Made by a program: the position numbers and the translations under genes. DNA of 61,881 nucleotides, counting the filler, from Choristocarpus tenellus KU-1152 (Eukaryota > Protista > Phaeophyceae): NCBI GenBank assembly GCA_964200185.2. It is 10 parts of 10 records of this genome, joined end to end, with 100 filler letters (N's around TTAATTAATTAA, not from the genome) between each part and the next. Parts side by side here need not be neighbours in the genome. Positions count along the whole stretch, not along the records: positions 1 to 14,307 come from CAXNAD020001229.1; 9 more parts are not named here. One strand, written 5' to 3'. How positions within the stretch are numbered: position 1 is the stretch's first letter; each line of letters opens with the position of its first letter. The notes under the pieces are model-generated. The model was not told the origin of the DNA. It was given only the letters and a program-made list of their open reading frames with translations, and did no database searches. Positions 1 to 12,975 of the stretch are shown piece after piece.

Positions 1-317
1 TAGAGGAAGGCTGCGGGGGGTGCATGGAGTGAAGGGGGTGGGTTTAATTGTTCATGTTATTTGCTCCCAAACTCTACCCAGTGTTTGTTATAGACTAGGG
101 GGTGTGGTCTATCCATCCTATTTGATAGTTCCAAAGGGAATTACTTTACAGGTAGACTGTTGAATGGTATATGGATGGTGTACGGATAGTCTACACTCAA
201 CACTTGGAATGACACAACAGTCACAGGTATGTACATGAGTGAAGGCTGGAACATGATGTTTCCAATTATATGAATCATAGTAAAGGCCGCTTTGGGCAAA
301 TGACAAACTATGTCAAC

Positions 318-401
318 ACTGTAGTAGCACATACTGTATGTCACCACTGTAGTAATGCATACTGTATGTCACCGCTGTAGTAGCATATACTGTATGTCTC
401 A
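318..401. repeat. 28-bp minisatellite, 3 copies
   Basis: CACTGTAGTAGCACATACTGTATGTCAC-like unit occurs three times. Confidence 0.85.
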
Positions 402-828
402 GAGAGTTCTTGTGCATATTTTATGTCCCAAAATAATGCCACTGAGGATATAATAGTTACTATTGTTCAATACTTCTGCATACAGCATGTGTTAATAGTA
501 TTAGTAGTATTGTGTGGTGCATTAAGGTGTTAGTCTACTTCTTATGTACAAACTCTAGTGTTCCATCTTGAATATTTGCTGCGAAGGGTACTAATTTTAA
601 AGTTAAAATACTACAGTATATTACATATGATTGTTGGTTAGTTGAGGAAAGATAACACATGTACTAGATGCGTAAATTGGGGTTTTGATGTTCTGTTCTT
701 ACACTATGTACCATAAATATATACCCCTCCACCACATCAGCACCAATAACATAATACTAATATTATTAATTGGTACACCCTACAATGTACTGAGTGCATC
801 ACTGGATGTCCTTGTGTCTTTTGGGCAG

Positions 829-3800
829 TTGGCAGTATCATACATAGCCTGCGCTTCACAGAAGGCAAGCATGCAATCACCATAACTCGTGTGTGTGATT
901 AAACGTGTCATTTTGTAAGTATGAAAGTCGATTTTAAAGTCGATTTTCTAAGTTTAGGGAAATGAACCACATCATGTTTCTTGTCATATTAACTGACATT
1001 TGATAGTGGAATATTGGGGAGGGAAGAGTACATCTCTTCTATCAATTTCTTTTCTAATTCTCAATTTGAGTAACAAATCACCACTAATCTGTGTGGCTTG
1101 CAATACAAGGTATCACTGCGCTGTATTTAGTGCATTAATATTATTATTTTTATTAATAGAGAATTGCCCATCGCCTGTGTGGTTTGTCCCTAAACTTGAT
1201 TGATTATATTATTTCTGAGTACAATTTTGCATGGCTTACAAGATTTTTTGTGCATTACACCTTGTTTGTTGCAATCAGTGAAATACCAAACATCAAAGAG
1301 CATCGTCAGTCATGGTGCAACTGGTATGTGCATGTGTATGTGAGAGGTACAGGTCAATGTCCAACCTTGACTCACTGCCTCCTGCAGCTCAACACATCAC
1401 CAAATATCTTCTTGGTGTACTGTATCACCCCTTCAAGGTGTCTGCATTTGAACAGTGTGGGACTCATTGTCCACCCTACATTCTTTATAAGCCTGGTTCT
1501 CTCTCTAGTTTAGTTTTCTATTGTCAATGGGAATATACACTATATAGTGTAGGACAACTCATGGTGCAATACACCCAATAACACCCAACTCAATTTCATT
1601 AAGACTTCTTGCATGCTGCAATCGTCGTCATATCAATCCAGTGCATGGAGTTCTATGCCCAAGTGTTGTTCCTCTGCGACATGCCTGTTTTTCTAAATCA
1701 CACTAGAGTATGCCCCTATACTGTACTTGGCTATCAATAAGAGGATATGATAGCATTACTTTTTCCTACTTAGCATGATCAAAATTGGAAAAAAACAATG
1801 ATCATGATCATCTTGTCCCCTCCTGATGTGTATCTGCATATGGAAGTCCTTGGGGAGGCAGTTCTATGCAACTCTACTTGTTGCTAATGTGGTGGTGGGG
1901 TCACGCATACTCAAATATGCATGTCCAAGGTCTGGTCGTAAGGTTGAGTATGTACCTCTTATTCATCAAGATGATGTCAACACCCTCAAGGCAGCCATAC
2001 AGAGGTGCTACCCTGCAAAGAGGAAAGGACCGTCCAGCCCCCAGGGAGTATATGATGAGGTGGCTTGTGGTGTTCCAAAAGCAAGGTCAGCTTTGAGGGT
2101 ACATGAATTTTGTTGGTACTTGTGCCACTCTCAAGTACTTTGCAGTTGGGGACAGTATAGGTGTGTGTCACTTTTATGCAAGTGTCACTTTTATTCTGTG
2201 ACAAGTACAATAGTACAGTAGCATTTTGTTTGGTGTGTGTGTGTCCTTGCAGTTGACTCTGAATCAGATTTCCTCTGAATACGTCAGTAATAGCAAAATG
2301 TAGTGTGTCACATTTTTTGTAGCTGCAGTGAACAATGATCTAATTAATTGGTGTTGACTTGTAGAGATGGTTGTCCCATACTATTGATAGTGAGAGATAA
2401 TAGCTACAAATGTTACATATTGTGGACATGAAGGACTCACTATTCATTTGTACAAGTTTGTGAGGTTGCTCACACTAAAACATGATCAGTCAATAGATTA
2501 CTCTATTAGAAAATTGAATCTATGGTATCTATATGTATTTTGTTTGTCATGAACTTGTACCACAACATTTTAATGTGATCACCCAAGTCATAGTTGGTTT
2601 TGTGTTTTTTTTATGTTTAGTTGTTGCAGCCTCAACTCAGCACCAGCAGGCATCATTCTGAGATGTTGAAATAATGATTGGGAAGCAATACATCCAGCAC
2701 CACCATGACAATTGCCTGCTGTTTAAAATTTGTAATGTTCAACTGCAGTTCTACAATGGCCCACCATGTTAAAGAGGGTGAGGATGTAAGCCCCCCTAGA
2801 CACTCATGGAGTTTGGGTGACGAAACTGTCTTCCGTATCAGGGGAAAGGACTACATGCAAGACAAAAAAAAAATATCATCAGGTCATGTGACATTCTTCC
2901 TTCAGAGTTCCTCTTAAGTATATATGAGATCCCACCTGTAGGCATATTTTCTGTCCACCTTACTTAGCCAGGCACTCAGTATGCAGGATACAGTAAGTAT
3001 ATTGGCGTCTTTTCCCTTCTCTTTTTGTGTTGATTGCAAATGTATTAAGGAGGATGATTAGTGCAATGGGACCACAGATTTACAATAATCGAGGACCCAT
3101 CAATATAAACAGCTGAAATAGTTTTGAATCAAAGAGGTTTATTCAACTAGGTTTGTTCAAGTTGGTCAGGTCGTTGGTTCTGTAGTCATTGAAAACACTA
3201 TCAAATGACATTCTGATATCTTTTGGGGTCTGTATCTTGTTACTCCATAGCTCTTCATAGCTATTCACTACCGCTGCGAACTTGTTTTGTTTTCTCTGTT
3301 TGTCACTGTCTCAACAGAACAAATATCCCTCTTATCATTCGAGTTTGTCTACTCCACAAAACCTCAAATATACCTAATAAGAACTCTATGTTGCTCATGA
3401 TATTACGTGTGGAATGGGAGACACTAATACTAATATTAATATTATAACATACTGTACTGTTTTGAATACTAATAGTTCAACAGATGGAACCTTTGGTACA
3501 CTCTTGGTTGGGTTTTCAAATTCAGAGAGAGATTCTTAAGAATAATGACATGAGAATAATGATATATTTGGAAAACATGGTATTATAGTAGGAATTGTGA
3601 TCAAGGTCACAACATAAATATCTTTTCCGTCCTATTGCCTTGTTGAGCAGGACCTCCATTGTATACCTTGGCTGGGGTGGACTTGTTTGCTACAGAGGCT
3701 CGTGTGTCAAATGTTGCAGCAGAAGTTGTGATTGACCAGATGCTCAAGGGCACTGGTGATCCATGTGTTCCAGGGGTACCGCCACTTCTTGTTGTTAATG

Positions 3801-5915
3801 TACAACTTCCTTCTGCACCCCCTGCACTCATGTCTGCTGCAGAGGATGGTCCTGGCATTCAGGTGTGGTAACTTCCTGGAACAACTTCCTCCACACTTAG
3901 ATTGTGTGTTACTTGATAGTCACAGCCATAGCCATACTAACAACTGTACCTACTTATCCCCACTTTTGTTGTATTAGTACAGCACCATTAACAGACTTAC
4001 AGGGAATGGCACAGAACCTGAAGTAATCCAACCCTGTCCCATGATTGGTTGAACCAGTGTGTGTTGTACTTTCGGATCACAAAGGAAACCATACGTGCAC
4101 TGCAGGACCCAGAGAGTGCCTCTGAAGCAATTCGGCTGTGGTTACACTACTGCCAGCAGGCTGAGGTGGATGACAATGTCAAGGGGAGGTTCAAGGTGAG
4201 ATTGACATTAGCACACTGTAATATTGCCGTGTCTGTTACATATATATATATATCTGGTATCATATATCAGAAACATGTACTGCGTACATACATAATTATT
4301 TGGTATCATTTGTTGGGACCCATCCCTCTGTGAACCATTGATACACTTTGTTGCCTTCTTGTATTGCCTGTTATTTGCTTTGACTCTTGGCCTTGAGTGT
4401 ATAGTTCTGACAAAAGTCAGTTTGTCAACTGGTATGTCTCACCTTAACCAAGAATTTGTTTTGCCATTAAATCGACCTTTGAACGTTTGATTTGTACATC
4501 CCTCATCAGCAACACCCTCTCTGGACCACTTGTCCCCTTTGCTATGGAACTTATATCACCAACAAATCAGTGCATCTGTGTGATTGGCAATACACAAGGC
4601 CTGGGTGTTCCAGACTTTGTCGCCAAGTACAATGGCAAGCCAGTTCTTATCAACAAGAGTGGAACATGTGAGATATTGTGGTGACACTTGATTTGACTGT
4701 TTTTGAAGCTTGCATAGGATGTACCTAGAAGTAATGTTCTCTATTTTGACAAAATAAATTTAGTATCATCACTTTCCTTGTGATGTGCTACAGGGGTTCG
4801 AGGTGAGAACACCTTTGAGTACGACATCAATGTGCACCGCTTCAGTTTTGTTGCAAAGAAGGGGTTGCATGCTCTGAAGGTGAGATTTATTCACTTGCCT
4901 TTTTCTCAACTCTTCATGGCCTACTTACTTTTAGCAATTGCTGGGGGCCTATGAAAGCATAGATCTTTATTGAGTGTTTTCTCTCTTTAGAATAAATAAC
5001 TAGCAGTTATTGTGAGTTAATAAATAACTAGATCAATTGAATATAGCCCCTCTGAAACTATCACCATATTGGTGGGCTATGTGTGGTTTCAGGTGCAAGC
5101 TGCTGAGTATTGATTGCAGGGTATAAAGTGTATATGTTGGCTGTTGGTCTGCTTTTGTTCCATGACTGGCAAGAGGACAAGAGGAATGAATAACCACCAC
5201 CCTCAGTTTATCTGCAACACGCACACTGTAATTTTCTTGTACAAAACTCATATTTGTTGTGTGCAACATTTTTTTTTTAATGTCTGATCTTTTATTCTGG
5301 TTTGAAAATATTATGTTGATTAATAAAAGGTACACAATGCCATGAATCAACCAGGGATGACTTTCTTCAGTACATGATTTTGTGTCTAGCCCTCATCAAT
5401 TGAGTTTCATTGAGGAATTAGTTGTGTACACAGGTCAATGTTTATGTTGATGTCACAACAGGGGTAAGGATAAGTTTTTTCTTCTGTATTGCCTAAGTGC
5501 ATCTGTTATATTCTCCATAGGGAGCATATTTCCTGTGTGTAGTGGACTCGATTGTTCAATCAATAAATATAGTCTTTGAGATTCTGATTGGAATGTTGGT
5601 GAAAGGTTGCTTCTCATACTAAGTATTTCATTCACCCTATTGGATTATCCCAAAATATATTTGTTGAATTCCATTCTGGTACTGTCTCTATACTACCTAC
5701 TACTAGTCCAAGATGATGCTCTTGAATAATTTTTTCTGTTTTGTCTATCCTATCCCATCCTATTTCTGCAGGATCTGTTCAAAGATATGATTCTTCATGT
5801 GGGATTCACAATTGAGGGAAGGGCAACAGAGGAGTTGCCAGAGTCCATGCTGGCGTGTGGTATCCTCAATTATCCTTGTCTGGACAAGGCGGTTGAGTTT
5901 GATATTTTTGACTAA
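829..5915 (+). CDS. EDR2 C-terminal (DUF1336) domain protein, multi-exon; 5' end uncertain
   Basis: Phase-compatible GT-AG exons 2749-2882, 3651-3862, 4058-4195, 4571-4667, 4794-4879 and 5772-5915 (TAA). They give ...HSWSLGDETVFRIRGKDYMQDKKKISSGPPLYTLAGVDLF...LVVNVQLP...DNVKGRFKCIC...YNGKPVLINKSG...FEYDINVHRFSFVAKKGL...LHVGFTIEGRATEELPESMLAC, which carries the FxIRGxxYxxDKxK, GKPVL and IEGRxxxELPE hallmarks of DUF1336. Upstream exons 829-864, 1279-1323, 1388-1437 and 1847-2085 are tentative; the start codon was not identified. Confidence 0.85.
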
Positions 5916-6166
5916 TGTTGTGACTTGAAGATCTTGTGTAGAAAGTTTGGGTTAATAAATATAACATAGCTCTCAAGGTGGTACTTACTGTCTGTGGTGG
6001 AAAGTGGTCAACATTTTAACTATACATGTAATGTCGAGACTCTTGACAAATGCCACCCAAATCAACCAGATTTGGTCACTGTACAGAAAGAAACAATTCC
6101 TCTGGATCCCCTCCCTCTTCACCAAATAAATAAATACCTACAGGTATCGACCAAATCGGCAACTTC

Positions 6167-9100
6167 TTAGATAACATCCACATCATCCAAACACTCTGCC
6201 ACCTTTTCATCTTCCTCTCTACTCTTCTCAAAGTCCAGAGTACACGCCTGCAAACTCACAGATGATGTCTCTGGTCCTTCATCAAAGGCATCCCTGAGAA
6301 TCGATAAAATGGAAATTGGCAAAATTTTGTGGGAGTCAATTGAAAAATCTTTGCTGTGTGTGAGGGTCTTGTTGAGAGAAAACCCTTTTGTTCTTGCATG
6401 CACAGGAAGATTGACAAGGCGAAAGAAATTGTGTGGAAAGCACAGGAGCCAGTCAAAGGCTTTTTCAAAGTGGGAGGGAGGACAAGATAATGCAAGAAAC
6501 TATAGTATTCATCAGTATGTAGGTTTGATACAATAAATATATTTCATCTCTGCCAATTAATATATATCATTGATGCATGCCCCTACTATGTCACATGTGT
6601 CCCCAAAATGAGCAAAAATCACCTTTTACTACTCTTTCTGGTTTACAGCTGTAGATTTCACATTTCCTGTCCGTAAGATAATTTTCACCCTACAAAATGT
6701 CTACACTCTTAATATAGAATGTTTGAGCAGATTGCACCTTGCGTACATGTGTTCAGTAAGCACTATTGTGAATAATAAAAAAGGTAAGGTGAGTGAAAAT
6801 ATTGAAGAATTAAGAACTAAATCCACATATTAGAACGAATATGCTTGTGTTCAGTGCATGCATTGAGTTATATGAAGGCTCAAGTAATTGCCTCAAGTGC
6901 AAGGCATGAGAAAATGATGGGTGAAATTTGATATCTTGATTTCTGAACTTCCAAGATTAAAACCTCTTTTCATTTCAATTTTTTTTTGGAAGAAACCGGA
7001 CGGAAATGTTAGAAGGAGATTTTGAAGGAAACCCATTACAGATATTCATACCAATGGTAACAGAGCTGATTCCAACTTTTCATGCAGTCATCTTCTCTTT
7101 CTAGAGGAGAATGTGTTTAAAATGCTCATTTTCGGTAAGAGTTGAAAAATCTTTTACTTTCTTACTACGACCACGATTGAAATTCAGAGTTAGAGATTCA
7201 AACATCTTTGTCCAGTAACAGATACACCTCAAGGATTATCAGCAACAAGCACCTAACTGAACGATAAAACTATCGTCTGTGCAAGATATTCTTTGGTTGT
7301 GTTTTACCTGAACTATCTACACCCTAAAATTAGTGTGAAAATGAATGATCTATACATTCATCACTCCATAATAATTTACATCACTGCCCAAGGTTTAATT
7401 AACCCCTGCAAATTGCTTGACTAGACTCAACTACAGTAGATAGTCAAAGGAAACAAGATTCTTACCTGCTGGCAACAGCCTTGACATCTGCTAACCCAGA
7501 TACAACCTCTCCCAGCTGAAGAGACAGCTGCTCACGAGCATGGTTGAACTTGAAGGCATCCCCAGTGCGACGCATCACATCTACCACAAAGCACCTTGGG
7601 TCCTTGCCAGTATACACTTGTGCAACCATCTCCAACCCACACCCAGCAAAAATCGCTTTCACCTTTAAAATTATAAGAACATAAAAAATGCGACCCCACA
7701 AATGCACAGAGTTTAGACATGCACAGGGGAGTGACAACTAATCCCCCTATAGCATTTCATTGCACAAAGATACTCTGTTACGGCATCAATATGCCACAAA
7801 AACAGTAGGTGAATGAACAGCATGAGCCTGATTGGAGTGTCCTCAGGCAACATCACCAATCGATTAGGTGTGTGGAGATAGAATCAATCCAAGTTTAGAA
7901 CCTAAAAATCACATTAGAGAATTTTACAGAGATTAAACATAATATAGAAAAAAGAAAATCTTGACAGAGACTCATGACAACCTCTGTAGAGGGATGTCAT
8001 CTTCACAAAATATTACCATTGCAGAGCAAGTGGTACTTGAAACCCTTAGCATGCCATTCTCTCCTAGCATCCCTATGGCCTAGGGGATTGCCCTTGCCCT
8101 CCAAACAGAGGTTTGCCGCACAATATCTCACCTTCGCAGTCTCCCTCTTGGATGTAACAAGTGGAGCAGAAGTACCCCCCCCTACAGTAACCAACTTGAA
8201 TGCACTTGCAATCTTGGTCAGCAAAGACCCAACAGGTTCAGCAGAGTAGAGTACATGCATTGCATTGAAAGCTGGAGGAAGAGGTGGTGCTTTAATGTGG
8301 AGAGTGCCCTCAGCCCCACCAGAGCCTTCAACAATACTTCGGTTCACAGTGAGAGTAAATGGGTCCACAAACCCACGCCCTGCTTGTGCTGCCTCTGCCA
8401 TCCTGCGCTGCAGGTGGGCCTGCTTCTCAGCCTCTTTCTGTTCATCCACACGCCTGTTAAAAATAGTTTCCAGAGTGTTGAGGTACTGCCCTGTCTGTCC
8501 TACAGCTGAGGGTTGTCAGTTGAGGCACATCCAGAAATGAAAAATTGTAGCTCACCTTTTACGCTGATGCAATTCTCCAAAGAGCTGGTCAGGACTCCAA
8601 GTCTCCCCTAACAGCCACGGGTGTGACTTCAATTCCTGAAGTGTCGCACGTTGACTGGGGTCTGCGACAAAAATGCGGTTCAGGAATGCCTGAGGCAAAA
8701 AAAAAGCAACCAGAACCACAGGTTAGTATTTGATGTTATTGATGATCAGGTACAATACTTTTATGCCTTTTGTTTCCAGATCTTACCTGTGCAAGCTCTG
8801 GAAAGTGTGGACATCCACGAAGGTGCGCTGCCCAAAACCGGTCATATCTTCCTGCAGACACTGCCTTGAACCACCAGTCAGATGATGTGGCAGTCTGGAA
8901 TGGTGGGTTGCCGGCTATCATGATGAACAAAACAACACCAGCAGACCACAAGTCGGCCTTGGCACCATCATACGGTTGCTTTGCCAACACCTCTGGTGCC
9001 ATATAGCTGCGAGTGCCACACTCAGTGTAACACACACCATTTTCATCCTGTTCAGTGGTCACAGCATGGATGGACATGGGGTGAATGCTTTAACCACCCA

Positions 9101-10483
9101 CTTCCATTTGCATTCAAACACAGATCTCAGATAGATGACTGAACACCAACGCACTTACTCTGACATCTCATTCCTACTCAGGCAGCAATATCTTCAACAC
9201 AGATCTTTTCAGGAGATGATCCCTCACAGACTATTCTTAATCCCCAGGATAGACTTCCTAACTCTCCTCACCTCCATTATTGACGACAACCCAAAATCAG
9301 CCACTCGAAGTTGGTATCGGTTGTCCAAGAGAACATTCTCTGGCTTTATGTCCCTGTGCGCAATGCCCATGTTGTGGCAGGTCTCTAATGCTGAGAGCAG
9401 CTGGTGAATTTGGGTATGTGGCGATGGGGAAAAGAAGGAAAAGCACTGTTACCAGTGCCTCCAATAGCAAAAGTAGCAGTTCCATGTACATGCAAATACA
9501 GTTTTTTTCCAAATACTCATTTTCTCATCCTTGAATTAATTCAGCCTTGAAGGTATTAAGTATCTGTTGGCGATGGGGAAATAAAGGAAAACACTGTTAC
9601 CAGTACCTCCAATAGCAGAAGTAGCATTTCCATGTACATGCAAACACAGTTTTTTCCAAAAAATTATTTCTTCATCCCGATTTAATTCAGCTTGGAAGGT
9701 ACAATGTATCTTTTCCTTGCCTGCTCGAAGTATGTGCGTGCGATGACTTCAGGAAAGGCTCCTGTGTACATCATAAAGTCAAAGAGCTCTCCACCTGCAG
9801 CCAGCTCCAGGACTAGAATCACCACATCCTTCTCCAATCCGTTCTTCTTGACGTAGGTGAAGTTCTGTAGAAGAGAGGGTAAATCAGTTGAACGATACAC
9901 ACGATGCGATAGTGTCTTGTGTTTTGTTTTCCTTATCCATCCTCCCTATGAATGTTCAATGTTGAAGGTCATACCTCATGGACGTTCTTGAGTCTGATAA
10001 CGTTGGGGTGGTTAAGCGCTTTCATAGCCGTGATCTCCTTCCGAAGTTGTTGTGCCGCGCGTATGCTCATTCCGTCTTTGTACATAATCTTGATTGCAAC
10101 AGCCTCCCCAGTGCGCACGTCCACTCCTAGCTTCACCCTGCAAAACATCATAGTTAACTCGTTTCACACCTCAGTATTCGTTCGACCTTCACCATCAAAC
10201 CCCCAGAATAATCGACACAGAGGACTAACAGATGGGGATAGAACCTGGCAAACAACAAGACACTTGAGTTCAGCGGTTACTATGGATTGAACGATTACTG
10301 TATTTGACAGGAAGGGAAAGAATTTTGAGGTTCAGGACCTTGGACTTGGATAATTCACTTGAAGACTCACTTTCCACTCATACCCTTGCCCAGTGTTTGC
10401 CTCAGCTCATAGTACCCAATCGAACGGTTGCCTTTCTCGCAGCGCGAAACGTGACCGAGATCCGCTAGCATGTTACGACTCAT
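6167..10483 (-). CDS. CAMK-group (AMPK/SNF1/MARK/CIPK-related) Ser/Thr protein kinase with KA1-like C-terminal domain, 9 exons, 529 aa
   Basis: Exons 10483-10371, 10137-9975, 9864-9721, 9400-9272, 9047-8787, 8689-8556, 8453-8132, 7662-7466 and 6293-6167 join in phase (1590 nt, ATG to TAA). Motifs present: [51 protein letters not shown] and HPWL. The C-terminal [13 protein letters not shown] segment resembles KA1/CIPK C-termini. Confidence 0.93.
9419..9711. repeat. Tandem duplication (period ~149 bp) filling kinase intron 3
   Basis: 9419-9565 and 9568-9711 align along their length (TGGCGATGGGGA...CACTGTTACCAGT...CATGTACATGCAAA...GAAGGTA...GTATCT). Confidence 0.9.
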
Positions 10484-11449
10484 GTTCGGGAAGGCCAATC
10501 CCCCGGTCTGCCCACAAATTGATGTCCGTCCCCCTATGACTACTACAACAGGTACACACTTCCTGTTTCTACAGGAAGTGCGTTCTCTCTCCTACTACTC
10601 CACTCAAAAAAAATTTAAGGACGGAGTGACTTCTGAAAGCTGACTCTCTGGGTAATAGGGTCAAAGTGTTTATGTCTTTGGGAGTATCGGGTTGATGGGA
10701 TACTTCTTTCAACAGATTGGTCTAAGAGGGTTATCATGGAAGATGAGTGAGAACAGACTAGATAAAAATTTATGAACTTTGGTCACTTGCGCAAAACAAT
10801 TGTGAAGGTACAAACACCAACCCATTTTTCGGAGAAGTTTATTTCGAATCCAAAATCGTACGCATCGAAATATTGAATGTTCTTTTCACCAGTTTATCTT
10901 CAATATGTCACTGTTTGTACAAAATATATTATATACAATAGAATAAATCGGAAAATATCTATCGAAGAGATACAAGTGATACTTCGATATCCTTTTGATC
11001 AATGTTGGGTGGTCGAGAAGATGGCTAGCGACATGTATTTGAAGGGTTCGAGTTACTTAGATACCAGATTCTTTCTCTCGAAAATACACTTTCGATTATT
11101 GTTACTACTATGTTTATATATAGAAACCATAACAAATTGTATTTACACCCTATGCTATCCTTTTTTGTCCTATATTACAAAAAATACAGTTTAAGATCAA
11201 GACAGAAACAAATTATTGTCTTTTTTGACATTTTGAAGATGTGTGAGGGAAAAAGAAAACTACATTAGAAGGACTAGGTAAAACAAGTTATGGTAAGACT
11301 ATAATAAGATTATTTTCAAAAACTAACAATGCAACAATATTCCCTTAAAATACTACGATGTGCACACTCGACGGCGGTCAAGGAGGTAGGAAACCATCCC
11401 AATAATTTGTTAGTCCCCTTCTTGCCAGCCTGACCAGATTCTCTAGCTT

Positions 11450-12970
11450 GGACTGCATCACACATGTTGAGAGAGTTGCTAGTGCCGTAACTCATAGATA
11501 CTATCTGGCTCAAATTGATCTTGACAACACAACCCCATTTACTTCAGTACCCTCTCCCCTATTGCATGGGCGGCCAATTCATCGTCATGGAAACTCTCTG
11601 CTTGCCTATCAAGGTACCCAAAAGTTTCCACCACGAAGGTGTTAAGATTAAAACTACAAAGGTCAAGAAGATCCCTCATAGAGGGTGTGTATTTTCACAC
11701 CTCAGCTACAGCCACAGTTACACCCTTGCTGGTGGAAGAATGTTTTTAAGCGACAGACTGCTTGGACCTCTACCAAGGCAACATCTAGAAGGTAGGGAGC
11801 TAACCAGCGTCTGAGAGTGACCCAGCATGGAACACCACATCCACGCGGACTTTTCAGTTCACAATAAATTGGACGCGATCCTCCATGTACAAGGGATGCC
11901 CATTGCCCTGCAGAGTTAGGCTAACCGTTTCACCACAAGCATGTGCTGACGTACTTGTCCTCCCAACATAAGACAGGATGTCGACTCCTACACCCGGCCA
12001 CCAGGCACCTCTTGGATAGGGTCTCCTCCCTCCCTAGAGATATGCTGGCAGCAAGTCTGAACTCTATATGAGGAATCCAGCGTGCTGGTTCCTAGTGTTA
12101 TTATGTGGAGGCCCAAGCATTGGCCCCTTGCCCACACTGGCTCCAGTGACGGGCTAGCGTTATTGAAGGACTTTCACTCCTTTGTTCCTCTGCATCATCT
12201 GGAAAGTTAGCCAGTTGCGATCAAAAAAGTCAAATCTGATCCTTTTCAGAAGGCAGGGAATTTCATGGTGTGCCCTCCTTGTGATCCTGTCATCATGAGG
12301 TGCCATATAGTGAACCTCCAGGAAGGGAGTGGGGGTTGTTGTTCCTGCCCAGTCTATCCAGCCTTGACCAAAAACTCCCACCAAGTCCTCCGAAGGGACT
12401 CCTGATGAATGAAGGGTGTGGAACAATGTTCCTAGTGCCTGGTTATGGAGCTCGCCTGAATAACCCGAGAAAGAACCTCTCCATAGGGCCCTTGTTGCAA
12501 GGAGGGTGGGGAGGGTAACCACTAGCAATCCCACAGAAGTTGCATACTAGCAATGTTTCATGAAGGACCCTCCGAACTTGTGGCCATCTGTGCCTGCACT
12601 TGCTGGTTTACATCAAGGAGAAGAGACCCATTTTCACATACCCCATAAAAGAAATCAGTGACTCCACCTGAGTCTGCTACCTCCAATATCCTCTCCAGAA
12701 TCCATGGTGAGGTATTGTCAACTTGATGGAACATGCCAGGTGGGGGAGAACGATCCTCACTAAATACCCCAAGTGGTAAGAGTGGGATCAGGAGTTGAGT
12801 AGCCAGGCAACCCTGGGATAATGTAGCAAATGTCTTATCAATGTTTTGTGCTACGCCCATTTCAGCTTCTCAAAAGCAGCAGTAGCAGTAGAGATTATTT
12901 CCCTTGAGGAGATAGATGTGTAGTCCAGGAAGCTTTGGGACGAAACCCTATTGGGAGCTTTGGCTATGGC
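11450..12970 (-). mobile_element. Decayed CRE-like non-LTR retrotransposon (restriction-like endonuclease clade), 3' part
   Basis: Minus-strand fragments with stops and frameshifts: AWLLNS*...HLGYLVRIVLP (post-RT motif), a degenerate Cys/His knuckle region, and AVAEV*K...LNTFVVETFGYLDRQAESF, which matches the PxxVETFGxLG endonuclease motif. Confidence 0.55.
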
Positions 12971-12975
12971 TGTAC

